Positions 15,001-39,880 of a DNA stretch of 64,000 bases are shown here, piece after piece. This DNA comes from the human T2T-CHM13v2.0 reference genome, Homo sapiens. The translations under genes were made by a program, and so were the position numbers. The notes under the pieces are model-generated. The model was not told the DNA's origin, ran no database searches, and was given only the letters and a program-made list of their open reading frames with translations. The first letter of the stretch is position 1. Every line of letters starts with the position of its first letter. Where the stretch lies: assembly GCF_009914755.1 (NCBI RefSeq), contig NC_060929.1; one strand, 5' to 3'.

Positions 15001-15539
15001 TACCTCATACTGCTTATATACTTCCCAGTGGTCAAACTGAGCCACTCTGAGTGGCAAGTAAGTCTGGAAGGTAAGTATCTTAACTTTTATTTACTTCAGG
15101 TATGGGGTCGGCTGGGCTGGTCTTAAACTCCTGGCCTTAAGCAATCCTCCTGCCTTATACCCCCTAGTAGCTGGGATTGCAGGCAGCAGCCACCACACAT
15201 GGCTGAGTATTTTTAACTGGGCACATTGCTGCCCTGCATAAAATTCAAGTTCTGTTGGTAAAGAGAAAGAGAAGAGTAGATATTACATAGAGAATTAGCT
15301 GTGTTGGCCATGACTACGTTTTGTTATTATATCCAGGGCCCTGAAGAGTAACCAGGCTTGCAAGTACTCTAGGAATTCCAAGTGTTTGGGACAGCTGGAA
15401 ACACTGAAAGTTCTGAAGGCTGTGTAGGATTTGGGTTATTGGATAGAGGAGAAAAGCATTTTATTTTACAGAGGAAGAACCAAGGCTACAAATGGTGAAG
15501 TGTTTTCCTCAAAGTGTAGCATCTAAAAAGACGTAGCGT

Positions 15540-16544
<1,005 letters not shown>

Positions 16545-19280
16545 CCCCAAAGAATTGGGCTTTGGTGGGTCTTAAATATAGTTAAATCGTGATTTTTCTG
16601 GTATAGAGTGAGTGGTCTTTTCCTGATAGCTTTTAACAGTAACAACGTTGATTGAGTACTTATGTGTGATTTTCCTTATAAACATTATCTCATTTTGAAA
16701 ACGGCTTTTTAAAAAAATGTAAAAATCACTCTTAATCATTGTATAAACAAAACAAACAAATCCAATCAACATGGAAAAGAACTAAGAAAAAAGTAAAATC
16801 TTCAGAAATCTCACACCCAGAGAAAACCAAGCTTAACATTTTGATAAACATCTTTCCAGACATCTCTCTTTGTAAATAAACAGAGATAGCTGTTTAACTA
16901 CATAAGTGGAGGCACACCATATATGTTTCTCTGTAGATATAAATTATCCTAGTTAATCATCCCATCAACCCTATGGGGTAGGCATCATTACCTTCATTTT
17001 ATAGGCTTAGAATGGTTAGATCACAGGCTCCAGGACACAGAACTAACAAGTAGTCAATAAGTTTCAGCATTATCTGAACTGACTACTTCAATTCCCTGGC
17101 ACAATTAGAGTTAGACAAAGTAAAGATGTTCTTCCATGGAGAATTTTTAAATATGTGTATATTAAGATGGCATCAAGGCATCTTGGTGACAGGAAAACAC
17201 AGCTGGCTTAGCAGACTCAGCATCTATAGTGAATATATCCATTATGAATAAAATACAGTGAAGCATTTTCAGTGCTGTAAGGCTTCTGGGAGACACTGTT
17301 AGTTTGAAGTCTCTGTGTGAAGCAATGCTGCCTTCATGTTACTCCGGGCAATGCTACCTGGTCTATCACATGACCAAGTCTTCTAGGACTGTCAGTGCTT
17401 ACAGCTCGTGATCATTGCAAGGGATCTTTATTCTGGTGCATTGCAAATGACTTTATTCATACCACACCCCAGCCCCAGCTCTGCTGATGCTTTCCTTTGT
17501 AGTTGTATTTGCCAGAAGTTGTGGACCAAGTTGAATAATCTTTAGAGCTGCAGGATTTTGAGTGAATGAATGAAATAGGTGTCCTTCCTCCTTTGTTGAT
17601 GAATAACAGTTCAAGTGGGTCAATGAGCCCCCTGAAGTCTTCAAAAGATGTTTTACCATTAACAGAGTACTGATTAAGTTATGGTACATCCATATTATGG
17701 ATTATGGCACATCCATATGCTGGAAGACCATGTGAATGAATGAATGAGGTGGATCAGGAAAGAATGCCAGTTGTATAATTCAGTTAGAAGAAAAAAAACC
17801 AAGCTGCAGAACATATTGTAGAGTACGCTTCACCCTTTTCCCCCTTTTTGGTAACTTTTAGAAAAGAATATAAACATACATGTACTTTTTCTGGTAGAAC
17901 CCATGAAAAACTATTAATAATCAATAGCTGTTATCATTAGGAAGGAAGGAATAGAAGTTAGCACTTGTCGTGTTATGCTTTCATGTTTAAAATTTCTACT
18001 CGTATGCATGTGTAACTATTATAATGTCATAATTATTATCTAATACAGTCAGGAGTGAGCTGGGCAATAAGAATGTGGGTCATCAAATGTTTTCTTCTCT
18101 GTACTTCTCCATGCTTAAACAACATTAAAATTTAAGTTTAAATGATGCTTTAAGAGACATTTCCTTTCTCTTTGAAAGAACAAGGGGCCCTCTCACCTTA
18201 TAGACTCTTGTTGTTAGAAGAAATTCACAGAATAGCACTGTAAGCGCAGGGCTCCAAGTGATACAATAGATCCGAGCAATAGTGTGATAACTGAATCCAG
18301 TTTGGAGGACAGATTTATCTTTTCTTTTTCAATTGTTATTATAAGTCAGGCTAGACTACCAAATAGTGCCAATTCAGTTCAGTTGGTGGTGTCTGACTGG
18401 GGAGCTGTGTTGAGAAGAACCAAGAGGCCAAGTCCGGCTTCGCTGTGGTTGGTGAGCCAGGCTGCCATGGGGTGAGGGTGGGGAGTGGAGTAAGAGTCAA
18501 TTTCCCTTGTCTGAAGTTCAAGCTCAGTGTGGGTGGGTGTCACCAAGGGACAAGTTCTCCCAAGTCAGCTGTGGCCTCCCCCACCCCAGCATGCCAACAT
18601 ATCACAATATGCTCCCCACAATGTCCCAACATCCCAGAGGGAGAAGCAAGGTCTAATGGACATGGGAGACTACAAAACTTAATGGTGCATGAAATGAGCA
18701 ATGAACACTGGGAAACGTAAGTCACAGTCCTGTTTGATCGGGGATGGGGTGAAAATCACTATCATTTCTTCAGAATAGGAGCTAAAAGCAGAGAAAAACA
18801 CAGTACCCACTCATCAAAAGGAGCAGCACATTTCAGATGGTGGCCCTCCCACTCACTACTGCCCGTCACCGGTAGTGCGCTTCTGCAGCAGAAAAGGAGA
18901 TAGCTAGGGCACTGCGTCGTGCCAGCCTGGCTTGGCCATTCAACTTTTGTGGTCTCTTGGCCTTTATGAGGCACCAGGGGAGGCCCTTCAGGGACAGTGA
19001 CATCTGAAATCTAAACTGACTATCAACTAATGCAGAAGAACCAGCACGAGCAGATCTGAAAATGCTGCTTCCGGTTGAGTGTGTGGGAGCACCGTGGGGT
19101 TTTCCAGGTACTTACACATAGGGTATGTCATTCCTGCCCAGCATGTCTGCCAAGGTTTAACTAACAAGGGGCAAAGAGTCCTCTCCCTGAAAACGGCTTT
19201 TGGACCTCCCTCCGGCGTATCTGCAGTGGGGCTGACCGAGTACATGGCTGTCTGGTCCATAAAGGTGCTTCTTCCACCAA

Positions 19281-19827
19281 TGTTGGGGACCAGCCTCAAC
19301 ACCACCCGTAGGGTACCTGAAGTCCAGTGGCGACAAAGGAATGAGAAGAGACAGGTTTAGAGTTCATAAAAGTGGGAGCCAGGGGGCCAGAGCAAATCAG
19401 AGACTGCAAAGGCCCAGAGCTCTGGTCTACACACTATTGATTACCATCACTTAGATCTAAGAAGCAGATGTTCAGTGCGAAACAGTGAAAGGGAGGCAGT
19501 GCGTCATAGGCATAATCTATAGCAATAGCGGTTTAAATGAATCTCCTTTGTGCTCAAACTGCGTATCTTTAACTTATCGGAGAGTAGCTAGTGGGAGCGG
19601 GCTTAACTAGGAGCCTGCACGTCTGTCTACATTCCAATGCTTCAAAGGAGTGTCTTTCTCCTTGAACACAGTGTTTACAGATAAGAGAGCGGGTCTTGCC
19701 CTGAGCATGGGAACATGATGGCAATTAGGCTTTCCTCCTCAGAGGCCTCTTGTGGCTTTCCACAACTTATTGTCCCATATTTTTATGGCCAGTTTATACA
19801 GGCACCCCTCAAGCCCTTCTCCCAACA
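19281..19827 (-). mobile_element. Solo ERVK LTR, probably LTR14 (HERV-K(C4)/HML-10), 547 bp
   Basis: TG...CA termini with TGTTGGG/CCCAACA inverted ends; perfect 6-bp TSD CACCAA (19275-19280, 19828-19833), typical of betaretrovirus-like ERVs; length and sequence fit the recalled LTR14 consensus. Confidence 0.82.
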
Positions 19828-20699
19828 CACCAACCCCAGTGTCTGCCGCCCACATCGACTAACCAGACTAACCGCCCACATCGACTAACTGCCTAAAATA
19901 GCAGCATTGAACCGCCTGCTTATTCGTTTCTCCCAGAGCTACAGTTACAGGTCATCGAGGGGTCAGTGAGCCTTGGAAGGAGGGATAGAGACCTCCACAG
20001 CCACCTTTGAGCTTTTTTCTTTTGTTTCTCAATACAAACTCCAGTGTTTCAAGGTATTAAAAAAATTGCTGTCTCTCCAAAACTGGCAAATGAGGTGCAC
20101 AGGAAGGAACAAGATCATTTGGTTTTCCATTGTTGATGCTACTCCCTTCCTTCCCCACAAAGATAAATACCATCTTCCAACTACACCTGCCTTCGATACA
20201 TTGTGATCTGAGACTCTATCTTGTCCCTTGGAATTAGGTGGAACTGGGGTCTGGGGAAAGAGCAAACAATAGGGTGGGAGTGAGTGGGTGGGGCAAAGGC
20301 TAGGAAATCTGATTCTGGACACAGCTTTCCTTATTTTTTTGTTGAACAAATATTTCTGGTGTGCCCACCACAAACAAGATGCAATCTTTGCTCTCAAGAA
20401 CTTAGAATCTAGTGGGGGACTGGGTCCCTTAAAAAACTTCGTCCTGTGTTTTGCTTCTTTGATTTTACTGAACCACGTATGTTGCAATCCTGTTAATGGC
20501 AGGATTCATAGGCAAACTCTATTAGATGTTTATGTTAATATTAAAAATTGAACCTCAAGTACATAAATAAATGAATGGAGTTGCCCCTAGTACATAAAGA
20601 AAGACATGAATAGAGTTGCTTGAGCATCACTTCCATCGTCATTGGGTCCTTCTGAGCACCCACCTAGATATAATTCCCCCAGATTACAGTTTTAACTAA

Positions 20700-21333
<634 letters not shown>

Positions 21334-21344
21334 TTATGCAAAAC

Positions 21345-22830
<1,486 letters not shown>

Positions 22831-23021
22831 GAATATGTAAAAATTTCAGCTTTTAAAAAATTGAATAATTTCAGGGGTAATTAGGACAGCTTACTATCTG
22901 TAGCCTGAACAGTTCTATTTCCTTACGTTATCTAGTTTGTATGTTGAAGTCTTTGTGAATTGTCTTCTAAAAAACAGGACACTAATAAACATATGGAGAG
23001 GTGAGTGAAAAAGAAGTGGGG

Positions 23022-25130
<2,109 letters not shown>

Positions 25131-26586
25131 GAGTACTCTGGCCTTCTAAAAATAGTGCTTTTCAGGAGCACAGTGATTCCCAGGAACAGAAACTATCACC
25201 AAAGTGACCTCTAGTTTATGGTTGGGGGAAAGGAGGGTGGCAGAGAGTGAGCACAATAGAAATGGGCCCATCTTTATTTTTTGTATTCAAACAATTGTTT
25301 ACCTTCAAACTATATTCACTATATGTGGACAGCAAATGGAGTCTTTTAAACAGAGAAAGCTGCCAATGGAGTAAGAATTAAATATCTATTTATTGAAGGA
25401 GTGAATACATGAATAAAATAAAGATAACTGAAACACTTCTAACATGACAAAGTGTTCAGTGGAGCTCAAGCATTGCATGGTACTGGCGAGAAGCTAGCAA
25501 ACACGTCTTTTCTTAGTGTTGAGACCAACTCCAGGTTAACAAGGTACAGAATCAACTGGGAGAGACTCCCATGGGTGAACAGGCTCTTTTTCTTTGTCTC
25601 CTCAATTCTGCTGGCTTGCTTCAAACTCAATTTTAGCTGGTGTGAGCCCAGCCCAGCTTCAGGCCTGCTCTCTGCAATCATTCTAATGTCATCTCAGCAC
25701 ACAAGGAGTTACCCACGGAAAGCCCACACCAGGAAAAACTTCCCCGAGTTTCTGTGGCCGGAAAATCTGTGTCACCAGAGGTATCACTAGAGAAGTCTCC
25801 CTTCCACCCACTGCAATTTTGAAGAATCAGGGAACACATGCAGAGACACATGATAGTTCCTGGTATCTGCAATTTATAAAACACATTTATATACATTGTC
25901 CCATTTTGCCGATCTTTAGGAGGTGAAAGACCAGGACAAGACCCACATCCTTTTCCCTGAAGTCATTCTGCTTTAGAGAAAGCAATTTTTGTCAAAGCTG
26001 ATATGAAAGGTCTTTCCTTCCTGGCAAGAGACACTATTGTCCCTTCCTGAAGAAGGAAGTCTAGTCTTCAGGTAAGAGGAAGGTATATTCTTAGGCAGCT
26101 GCTGGGTTGGAAGGAAGGAACAGTGAAGTCTGTGTTTTGGAAGGGAGGAGGGAGTGACATTTTTAAGTTACAAGCCTCTTCTGGGAGAGCTGGGGACAGA
26201 TCTATTTTTAGATGTGTTCCCTGACACCCAGGAAGAACTCAAAAGGTAACCAAGCACTTGGCAGGTTTCCTGAAAAGAAAGTTGTTAAGGGCTAGAGGGA
26301 CTCTGTGTGTTCTGAGGCACGAAGTTTGACTTCAATCTGATGCAGTGTGTTGCCCGCCCCGCCTTTTAGCATAGTTTGGTTGCAGGATGACAGAATACTT
26401 GGGGGTGGCACAAACCCTCAAATCATGAAAGGCTAGGCCGCAGACTCACAGAGAGCTGGATGATGTGTGCCACCCTAAAACCACTTCCTGGGTGCGTGAT
26501 TATGGGCATGTGACTTAACTCCTTTGAGCTCAGTTTCCTCATCTGTAAAATGAAGACTCAAACCAAATAAAGTCCTCTTAGCCCTA

Positions 26587-28270
<1,684 letters not shown>

Positions 28271-28768
28271 TTAGAACTAGAGATTCTCTTGTACTTTGCC
28301 TGAGGCCTGCTGAGTCACCTGAGCAGAGCTCCCTGAAGACTTGTAGTAACCAGCGTGCATGCCCACAAGCTGCTGCTGAGTGCAAGCCAACACGGCTTCT
28401 TCCACTAAGGGCCCCTGAGGGTCACTTCTCTTCTGCGTCATAATTAACACATATGCGTCTCCCCTGACACACTGCAGAGCTCCTAGCTTTAGCATTTCCC
28501 GTGTGCAATCGTGTTTCTGCTGATACTCTCTAAATACAGTGAGAAAACTACCGTCCTAGGAAATGTGAGAACCCCTTGACTTATCTTACGAATCAGTGTG
28601 GGAGCTTGGAGAAGTGAAGCACCTTCTCTACTCACCGTGTTCTCTTTTCAAGGCACTTGGTTAAGACAACTGGTTGGAACATTGTGTCCAAAGATGAGGT
28701 TCAGAGACTTCATTTCCTTGTAGATGAACACTACGCTGTTCCTCATTTCTTGGCCACCCACAACACCT

Positions 28769-29503
28769 TGTAAGGGAGGAAAAAATAATTTTCCTTCCAC
28801 CCTTCTAAGTTATCTGCTGGGGCTCCTGTAACAAAAGACAGATTAACAAGAGAAAAAACAAACAGAAGTTTACTAACGTGTATCTTGGCTCATTCCTGTA
28901 ATCTCAGCACTTTGGAAAGCCAAGGTGGGTAAATCACTTAAGTCCAGCAATTTGAAACCAGCCTAGGCAACATAGCGAAACTCCATCTCTTAAAAAAAAA
29001 AAAAAACAAAAAACAGAGAAAGAAATATTTTTTTAAAAAAAAGAAGAAGAAGAAAAACAAAAGAAGTTTACTAACAGGTATATCTCATATAAACCTGGGC
29101 AGTCAGGGAAATGAGTAACTCTCAGAGAGGTGGCTTAGAATTCAGGCTTAAATACCATCTTCAGCTAAATCAGTGAAAGAATTGTGTGGTGGAGGTAAAT
29201 TATGAGAAGGCAACCAGGAAATGTACAGTAAACAAGGGTAAGCTTTGTTATGCAGATATAAGTTGGTGCCTTCTCCACTGATAAGAATTTCTTGTGATTT
29301 AGAATATCTTTCTCTTCCTAGTACAGAGAAAGACATCCCTACACATGGAGATTTCCTTTATAAATGTAAATTTCCCTTTCAAATGGGAAACTTCTCTGTT
29401 TTCAGAGATTCTCCCATGTCTGCTATTTCCTAAAATAATTGGTTCAAAATAATCCTTATGCCAAAGAAGTATATTTTGGGGTAGCATATTCTGTTCTTTT
29501 ACA
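28769..29503 (-). mobile_element. MER34-like ERV1 LTR with inserted FLAM (about 28887-29055, +)
   Basis: Ends aaaataatccttatgccaaagaagtatattttggggtagcatattctg, the reverse complement of the LTR start type seen at 2519. Confidence 0.7.
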
Positions 29504-30189
29504 ATCCCTAAATATACAGTGAACACTAAGCCATTTGTCAGAGGAGGAATCACTTAAAGATTTTATGGAGTCACTCTTATAGGAGCCTAGGTTGTATATT
29601 ACCCAATGCAGAGTGTGTGGTTGGGGAGAGGGTGTTGTTTGCATAGACTGCAATGTGATGGATAACCTGGAGTTGGACAGTACACAATTTGCACAATCAG
29701 ATGTGGCAGCCCATGGGGACTAACTATAGCATCACTCCTGGGAAGGGGAAATTCCCAAACTTAAAGCATATATTCTGTTTAGGATGGAGGAGTTTGTTTG
29801 GCATATTTATAATTGAATGTTAGTGACAACCCTTGGAAGGAATTTCTCTATTGTTCTTGGTATCATCTCTTGTTTTATTTAGCTCAGGGTCACTATCAAT
29901 TGTATAACCAATCAGGTCTCCATTTTAATTGGATGCCAAGTTTACGGTACACTTGTAATGTATAAATTCATTTTTGTGTTAACCTTATTCTTGGTGTTAT
30001 TTTAATTCTATGAAGAACTATTATGGGACAGGCCCTGTTCACATGGCAACAAAAGTGAACAAGAAGACAAAGTCTATTTTATGTTGCTACTCTTGTTTTG
30101 CTTTTTCTTTCTCATCTACTTCTAATTTGTGATTTCTTGCTATACAGTAACCTCCTAAATCCTTTCAGGATCAAGTGCATAAAATAAGT

Positions 30190-32985
<2,796 letters not shown>

Positions 32986-33125
32986 TACATAAATAACCAC
33001 TTTCAGCATTTCTTAATTTCATTTTGTAGAATAAATGAGAGACCATTTTTTAAATAGTTTCAGGTTCTAGGCATAAAGTCACAGTGTTTATCTATAGTGG
33101 TGCTAAATTAATATTTGCTGAATAA

Positions 33126-34970
<1,845 letters not shown>

Positions 34971-35031
34971 AAGTTCTAAGATTTTGTTCTAAACTAAGTT
35001 CTAAGCTTTTGTACAATTATACTCATGAGTT

Positions 35032-35807
<776 letters not shown>

Positions 35808-37336
35808 AACAAAGCCCTTTTCTCGTTCAAAACCCTTTCTTCCCAATCCTTACCTGATTATCCCAGCTGGCCACATAATTCTCTTCACTATCTCTCAGCA
35901 TTAGTTAATATAGCTCAACACAGTTGTAAATAACTTGTAAGTTTTATATTTTAAAAATGTCTCAAATAAGTGTTTACTATCATCTCTATTTCATCATGAA
36001 GACTCCAAAGGTTAGAACTTTCTATCTCCTGTCTATTTATGTCCCGTATTTCTCTCCACACCCAAAGCAGTGCATACATTTTGGAGCCAGACAAATCCCA
36101 GTTTGCGTTTCGACTCCACCGCTCACAAAGCTGAGTAGGTTATGTAAATTTCCTGAGTCTCTTCAAGAATCTGCAGAATGGGTTTGTTATGAAGATTAAG
36201 CAGATGATGTACCATCAGGTCCAAGATTCTGGAAGTGCTCCATAACAGTAGTAATTATCAGTGGATAATTTCTTTATTTGTAATATGAAGATATTACCTT
36301 TTGCTCTTAATGAACCTTGTGGTAATGTAGTGAGAATTAAAAGAAGTAGTAAGTCATAGAAATAAAACTTCATGGTTTAATTGGAGCCCTGTGAAGACTA
36401 GCTGGAGAAGTTCAAGGCCTCAAATGAGATATTAGACTAATGAGGCTTTTGTCTAAATTTAACACATTTAACAAACCCTTCTTGGTTACTTACTGAGCTC
36501 TGCACTACCTAGGTCAAGCCTCATGTGGATATGAAAGACAGAAGGTCACATTTATCCTAGAGATTTGTATCTATATTGCAGGGGGAAAGGGATACGGACA
36601 TGAGTTATGCTTATACTTGTCCATGTTTCTTTTCTCTCTCAGGAGGGATGATTCAGAGTCAGCAATTCACATATGCAGTACTGCACATGGAAAGTATTAC
36701 TGTTATTCTGTGGGGAAATAAGTTTCTAAGTGCAGCAATCTGAAATTAATAACTTTCTCTGTGGAAACTCTCTTGACAACATCTCGAGATGAAGCCAAAG
36801 AGCACAATTTTTATGGCTTTGGATTATCTTCTCTGTCTGCTTGGCTTGCACCAGGCATGGATCTGTGAGCCAGAAATTCAGTTTTCCCCTTCGTTGTACA
36901 ATTTGCCTGCCAGCTGGAGGCCTAATATAGCAGTGACTCAATTTCTCAATTCTCCAATTTATCCACCCATCAAATCAAGGCAAATAATCTCAATTTACTT
37001 ATTAGAGGCTTTGGGGAACTCAAGAAAAAAAAGACCAAAATCTTTACCGTGACTACAAAACATTTTGGTTGAGGACATAGGAAAAGGAGATTAGAAGTTG
37101 GAGATCAATTTTCTTTTACTTTCAATGCAAAATATTTCTATGATAAAGCCTGTTATTTATATTATGATAAATATTTGTGTCCACATGCAGGGAGTATATA
37201 GATATTGAGGGAGAAAGTAATTTAGGAAAGAAATAGAAGGGTAGCAACATCTTTTCCACAAAAGCCACAGCACTGCAGACATGCATAAAGATTGCAGTTG
37301 TTGCTCCAATAGCCTTATGTGGTAGGCCGACAAATT

Positions 37337-37486
37337 CTTTTTTCTTTTTCTTTTTTTTTTTCAGAGATTGTGTCTCACTATGTTGCCCAGGTTGGTCTCG
37401 AACTCCTGGCTCCTGGGCTCACGTGATCCTCGAGTCTCAGGCTCTCAAAGTGCTGAGATTACAGATGTGAGCCACTGTGCCCAGTG
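37337..37486 (-). mobile_element. FLAM Alu monomer
   Basis: Left-arm monomer, TSD-like attcttttt. Confidence 0.75.
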
Positions 37487-38259
37487 GACATTCTTTTTTA
37501 TTCTTTCTTACACGTAAATGTAGACAATCTGGACAAAGAAGTCTGGATTTCTACTTTCCACTGCTGACATTTTAAAAAATTTCAAATTAGATTTTTGCAC
37601 CCTTTATACAAGACTACATGGCAGGACATTATGTTTGATTCACTGTACCTGATTACATTTAAATGTTGTTTTTCTGGATTATAAACAACAACTGAGGGAC
37701 AGAGTAAGGAGGCTCTAAATAGACTTGAGAGCTTGGAATGTTGCTACATTTGTTCGCTCTCCCAGCATGTTAATATGTGAGACTAATACTTGGAAATAGC
37801 GACAGATATAGAGGAGTTTGGATGCTGAGAGAGAACTCAAAGTGAAGATGGTAAACATCTAGAGTTTTTATTGATTACAATTTTCTCATATATACAGAAA
37901 CCTCAGGGTGTGTTCTAAACACAGTTCTCTTTTAAAATACATAATTAACTAAACTTCAAAATTAGAAGCTAAGACAATAATCATATTAATATAACCTCTA
38001 CACTGCCAACTTGGAAAGGCAATGAAGAAGAAATGGGAATTGCAACAAGCTTCAGAGATGGAAGATTTTGTTTTTCTCTGTAGGACATGTGGGTAGAAGC
38101 AATTGCAGATGGCTGGGTGTGAAAGAAACAGACCTTGCAAGCCTGCTATATAGCTATACTGTGCTACATGGCATTGGGAGGTAATAAGATTTAAAAGACA
38201 AATACTCTTGTCTTCACAAAGCTTATAATTTAGTTGTGCAATACTGGGTAAGAAAGCTG

Positions 38260-38850
38260 GCTTAATGGAGTTGTATTCCAGCTTCACCCCTTAGTAGCTC
38301 TGTGTCATTGGGTGAGATATTTAATTTCTTTGGGCATAACTTCCTCATCTGTGAAACACTGATAATTGTATCTCCTATATGGCAGCTATGCCAGCCTCCT
38401 TTCTGTTCTTCCACAAGACAATCTCTCTCTGGACCGCCCTTTGCACCTGTTCCTGTGGTCGGGAAAGCCTTTAGCATGGCCAAACCCTTCAAGTTTTGAC
38501 TTCATGTCACCGAGTCAGGGAGCTTTTTTGGAAAATATTGTTTCCGATTCCGCAGATGAGGCTGTTAAAATACTAAAGGATGGCATAAACATGAGGATGC
38601 TATTATAATCATCCACCCTAAGTAGGATTTGAGATCCAAGCAGTTCTCAAGGATTTAGGGTTAGCAAACTTTTTCTGTAAAATGTCAGATAGCAAGTATT
38701 ATAGGGTTTGCAGGCCATACCAAACAAATGGGTGCTGCTGTGTTCCAATAAAACTTTATTTATGGACACTGAAACTTGAATTTCATGTACTTTTCACAGT
38801 CATGGTGGCAGACCGGATTTGGCCCCCTCCCTGTCGCTGGCTGACCCCTG
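38260..38850 (+). mobile_element. MIR (about 38260-38380) and MER58A-like transposon (about 38655-38850)
   Basis: ttcctcatctgtgaaa MIR core; agggttagcaaactttttctgtaaa...ccaataaaactttatttat...gctgacccctg. Confidence 0.7.
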
Positions 38851-38899
38851 GTTTATGAGTACGGCAGATAAAAGAAGGGAGTGAATAAGAACCACGATT

Positions 38900-39880
38900 C
38901 TGCTGCCAGACACGAGGGATCAGGTCGCTGCTGTGAAGATTGTCAACCTCTCTGGTTGCCAACGACCTCGAGAATGGGGTTGTGGTCCCTGCGTCAGGGC
39001 GGTTGTGCTGAAGGCTGGATGAGGGCACGTAGGTGAAGCTCAGTGCTTGGCACGAGGTGCTCATCAGCAGCATCGCCCTTGCTTTGGGCTGGCCTGTTAG
39101 TAATTCGTTTTTAGTGGAATCGAATACAACACTTGAGCCTCGGAGGCTCAGGTCGTCGGAGCAACTACACCAGGGCCGGTGCACCTCGGGGCGGCGGCGC
39201 AGGACTAGGCTAGGCCGGGCCGGGCCGGGCAGGGCGGCGCGAGTCGGGGGTGGGGCGGCGGCGCAGCGCCGTCGTCGTAGTCCCCGCCTCTTCCCCAGGG
39301 GCCGCGTCGGATCCTCGGCGGCGGCGGCGGTGCTTACAGCCTGAGAAGAGCGTCTCGCCCGGGAGCGGCGGCGGCCATCGAGACCCACCCAAGGCGCGTC
39401 CCCCTCGGCCTCCCAGCGCTCCCAAGCCGCAGCGGCCGCGCCCCTTCAGCTAGCTCGCTCGCTCGCTCTGCTTCCCTGCTGCCGGCTGCGCCATGGCGTT
39501 GGCGTTGGCGGCGCTGGCGGCGGTCGAGCCGGCCTGCGGCAGCCGGTACCAGCAGGTAAGCGGCGCCCGACTCCAGCCCCGAACTCCGGTCCCTGGCTCT
39601 GCCCTGCCCGCTGGCCGCCTCAGGCCTCTCTGGCCGGCCCGCGGCCAACTCGACGCCGGGGCTTGGCAGGCCGCGCTGGGCCTGGAGGGGCGGGTCGGGC
39701 CCCGGGCTCGGATTCGAGGCTGCCACGGGCCCGGCCTGCCCGTCTGCGACCCCAGGTGGGACTCCGGCGGTGGAAAGTCCTCCTCCCGGCCTCGTTTCCC
39801 GCATTTCCCAGGGCGGGCGGGTCCCTGAGTCAGAACCCGCGACCCACAGGCGGCATCGATCTGAGGCATTCGTTTTTCAT
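38900..39880 (+). promoter_or_regulatory. NDFIP1: CpG island, NDFIP1 promoter and 5'UTR
   Basis: Sharp rise in GC and CpG; GGGGCGG GC boxes near 39188 and 39252; (CGG)5 at 39316-39330; no obvious TATA box; encloses exon 1. The TSS cannot be placed exactly (probably about 39270-39400). Confidence 0.92.
39493..39555 (+). CDS. NDFIP1: NDFIP1 coding exon 1 (MALALAALAAVEPACGSRYQQ, 63 nt)
   Basis: ATG at 39493 in strong Kozak context (gcgccATGg) inside a CpG island; in-frame upstream TAG at 39451-39453; donor CAG|GTAAGC at 39555/39556; peptide recognised as the NDFIP1 N-terminus. Confidence 0.97.

Noticed and set aside
39250-39492. N-terminally extended NDFIP1 from upstream non-AUG starts
   Set aside because: An in-frame TAG at 39451-39453 blocks it, and no CTG/GTG/ACG codon lies in frame between that stop and the ATG
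39556-39828. Continuation of the 111-aa ORF past codon 21
   Set aside because: Reads through a consensus donor (CAG|GTAAG) into intron 1; the real protein continues at 62322
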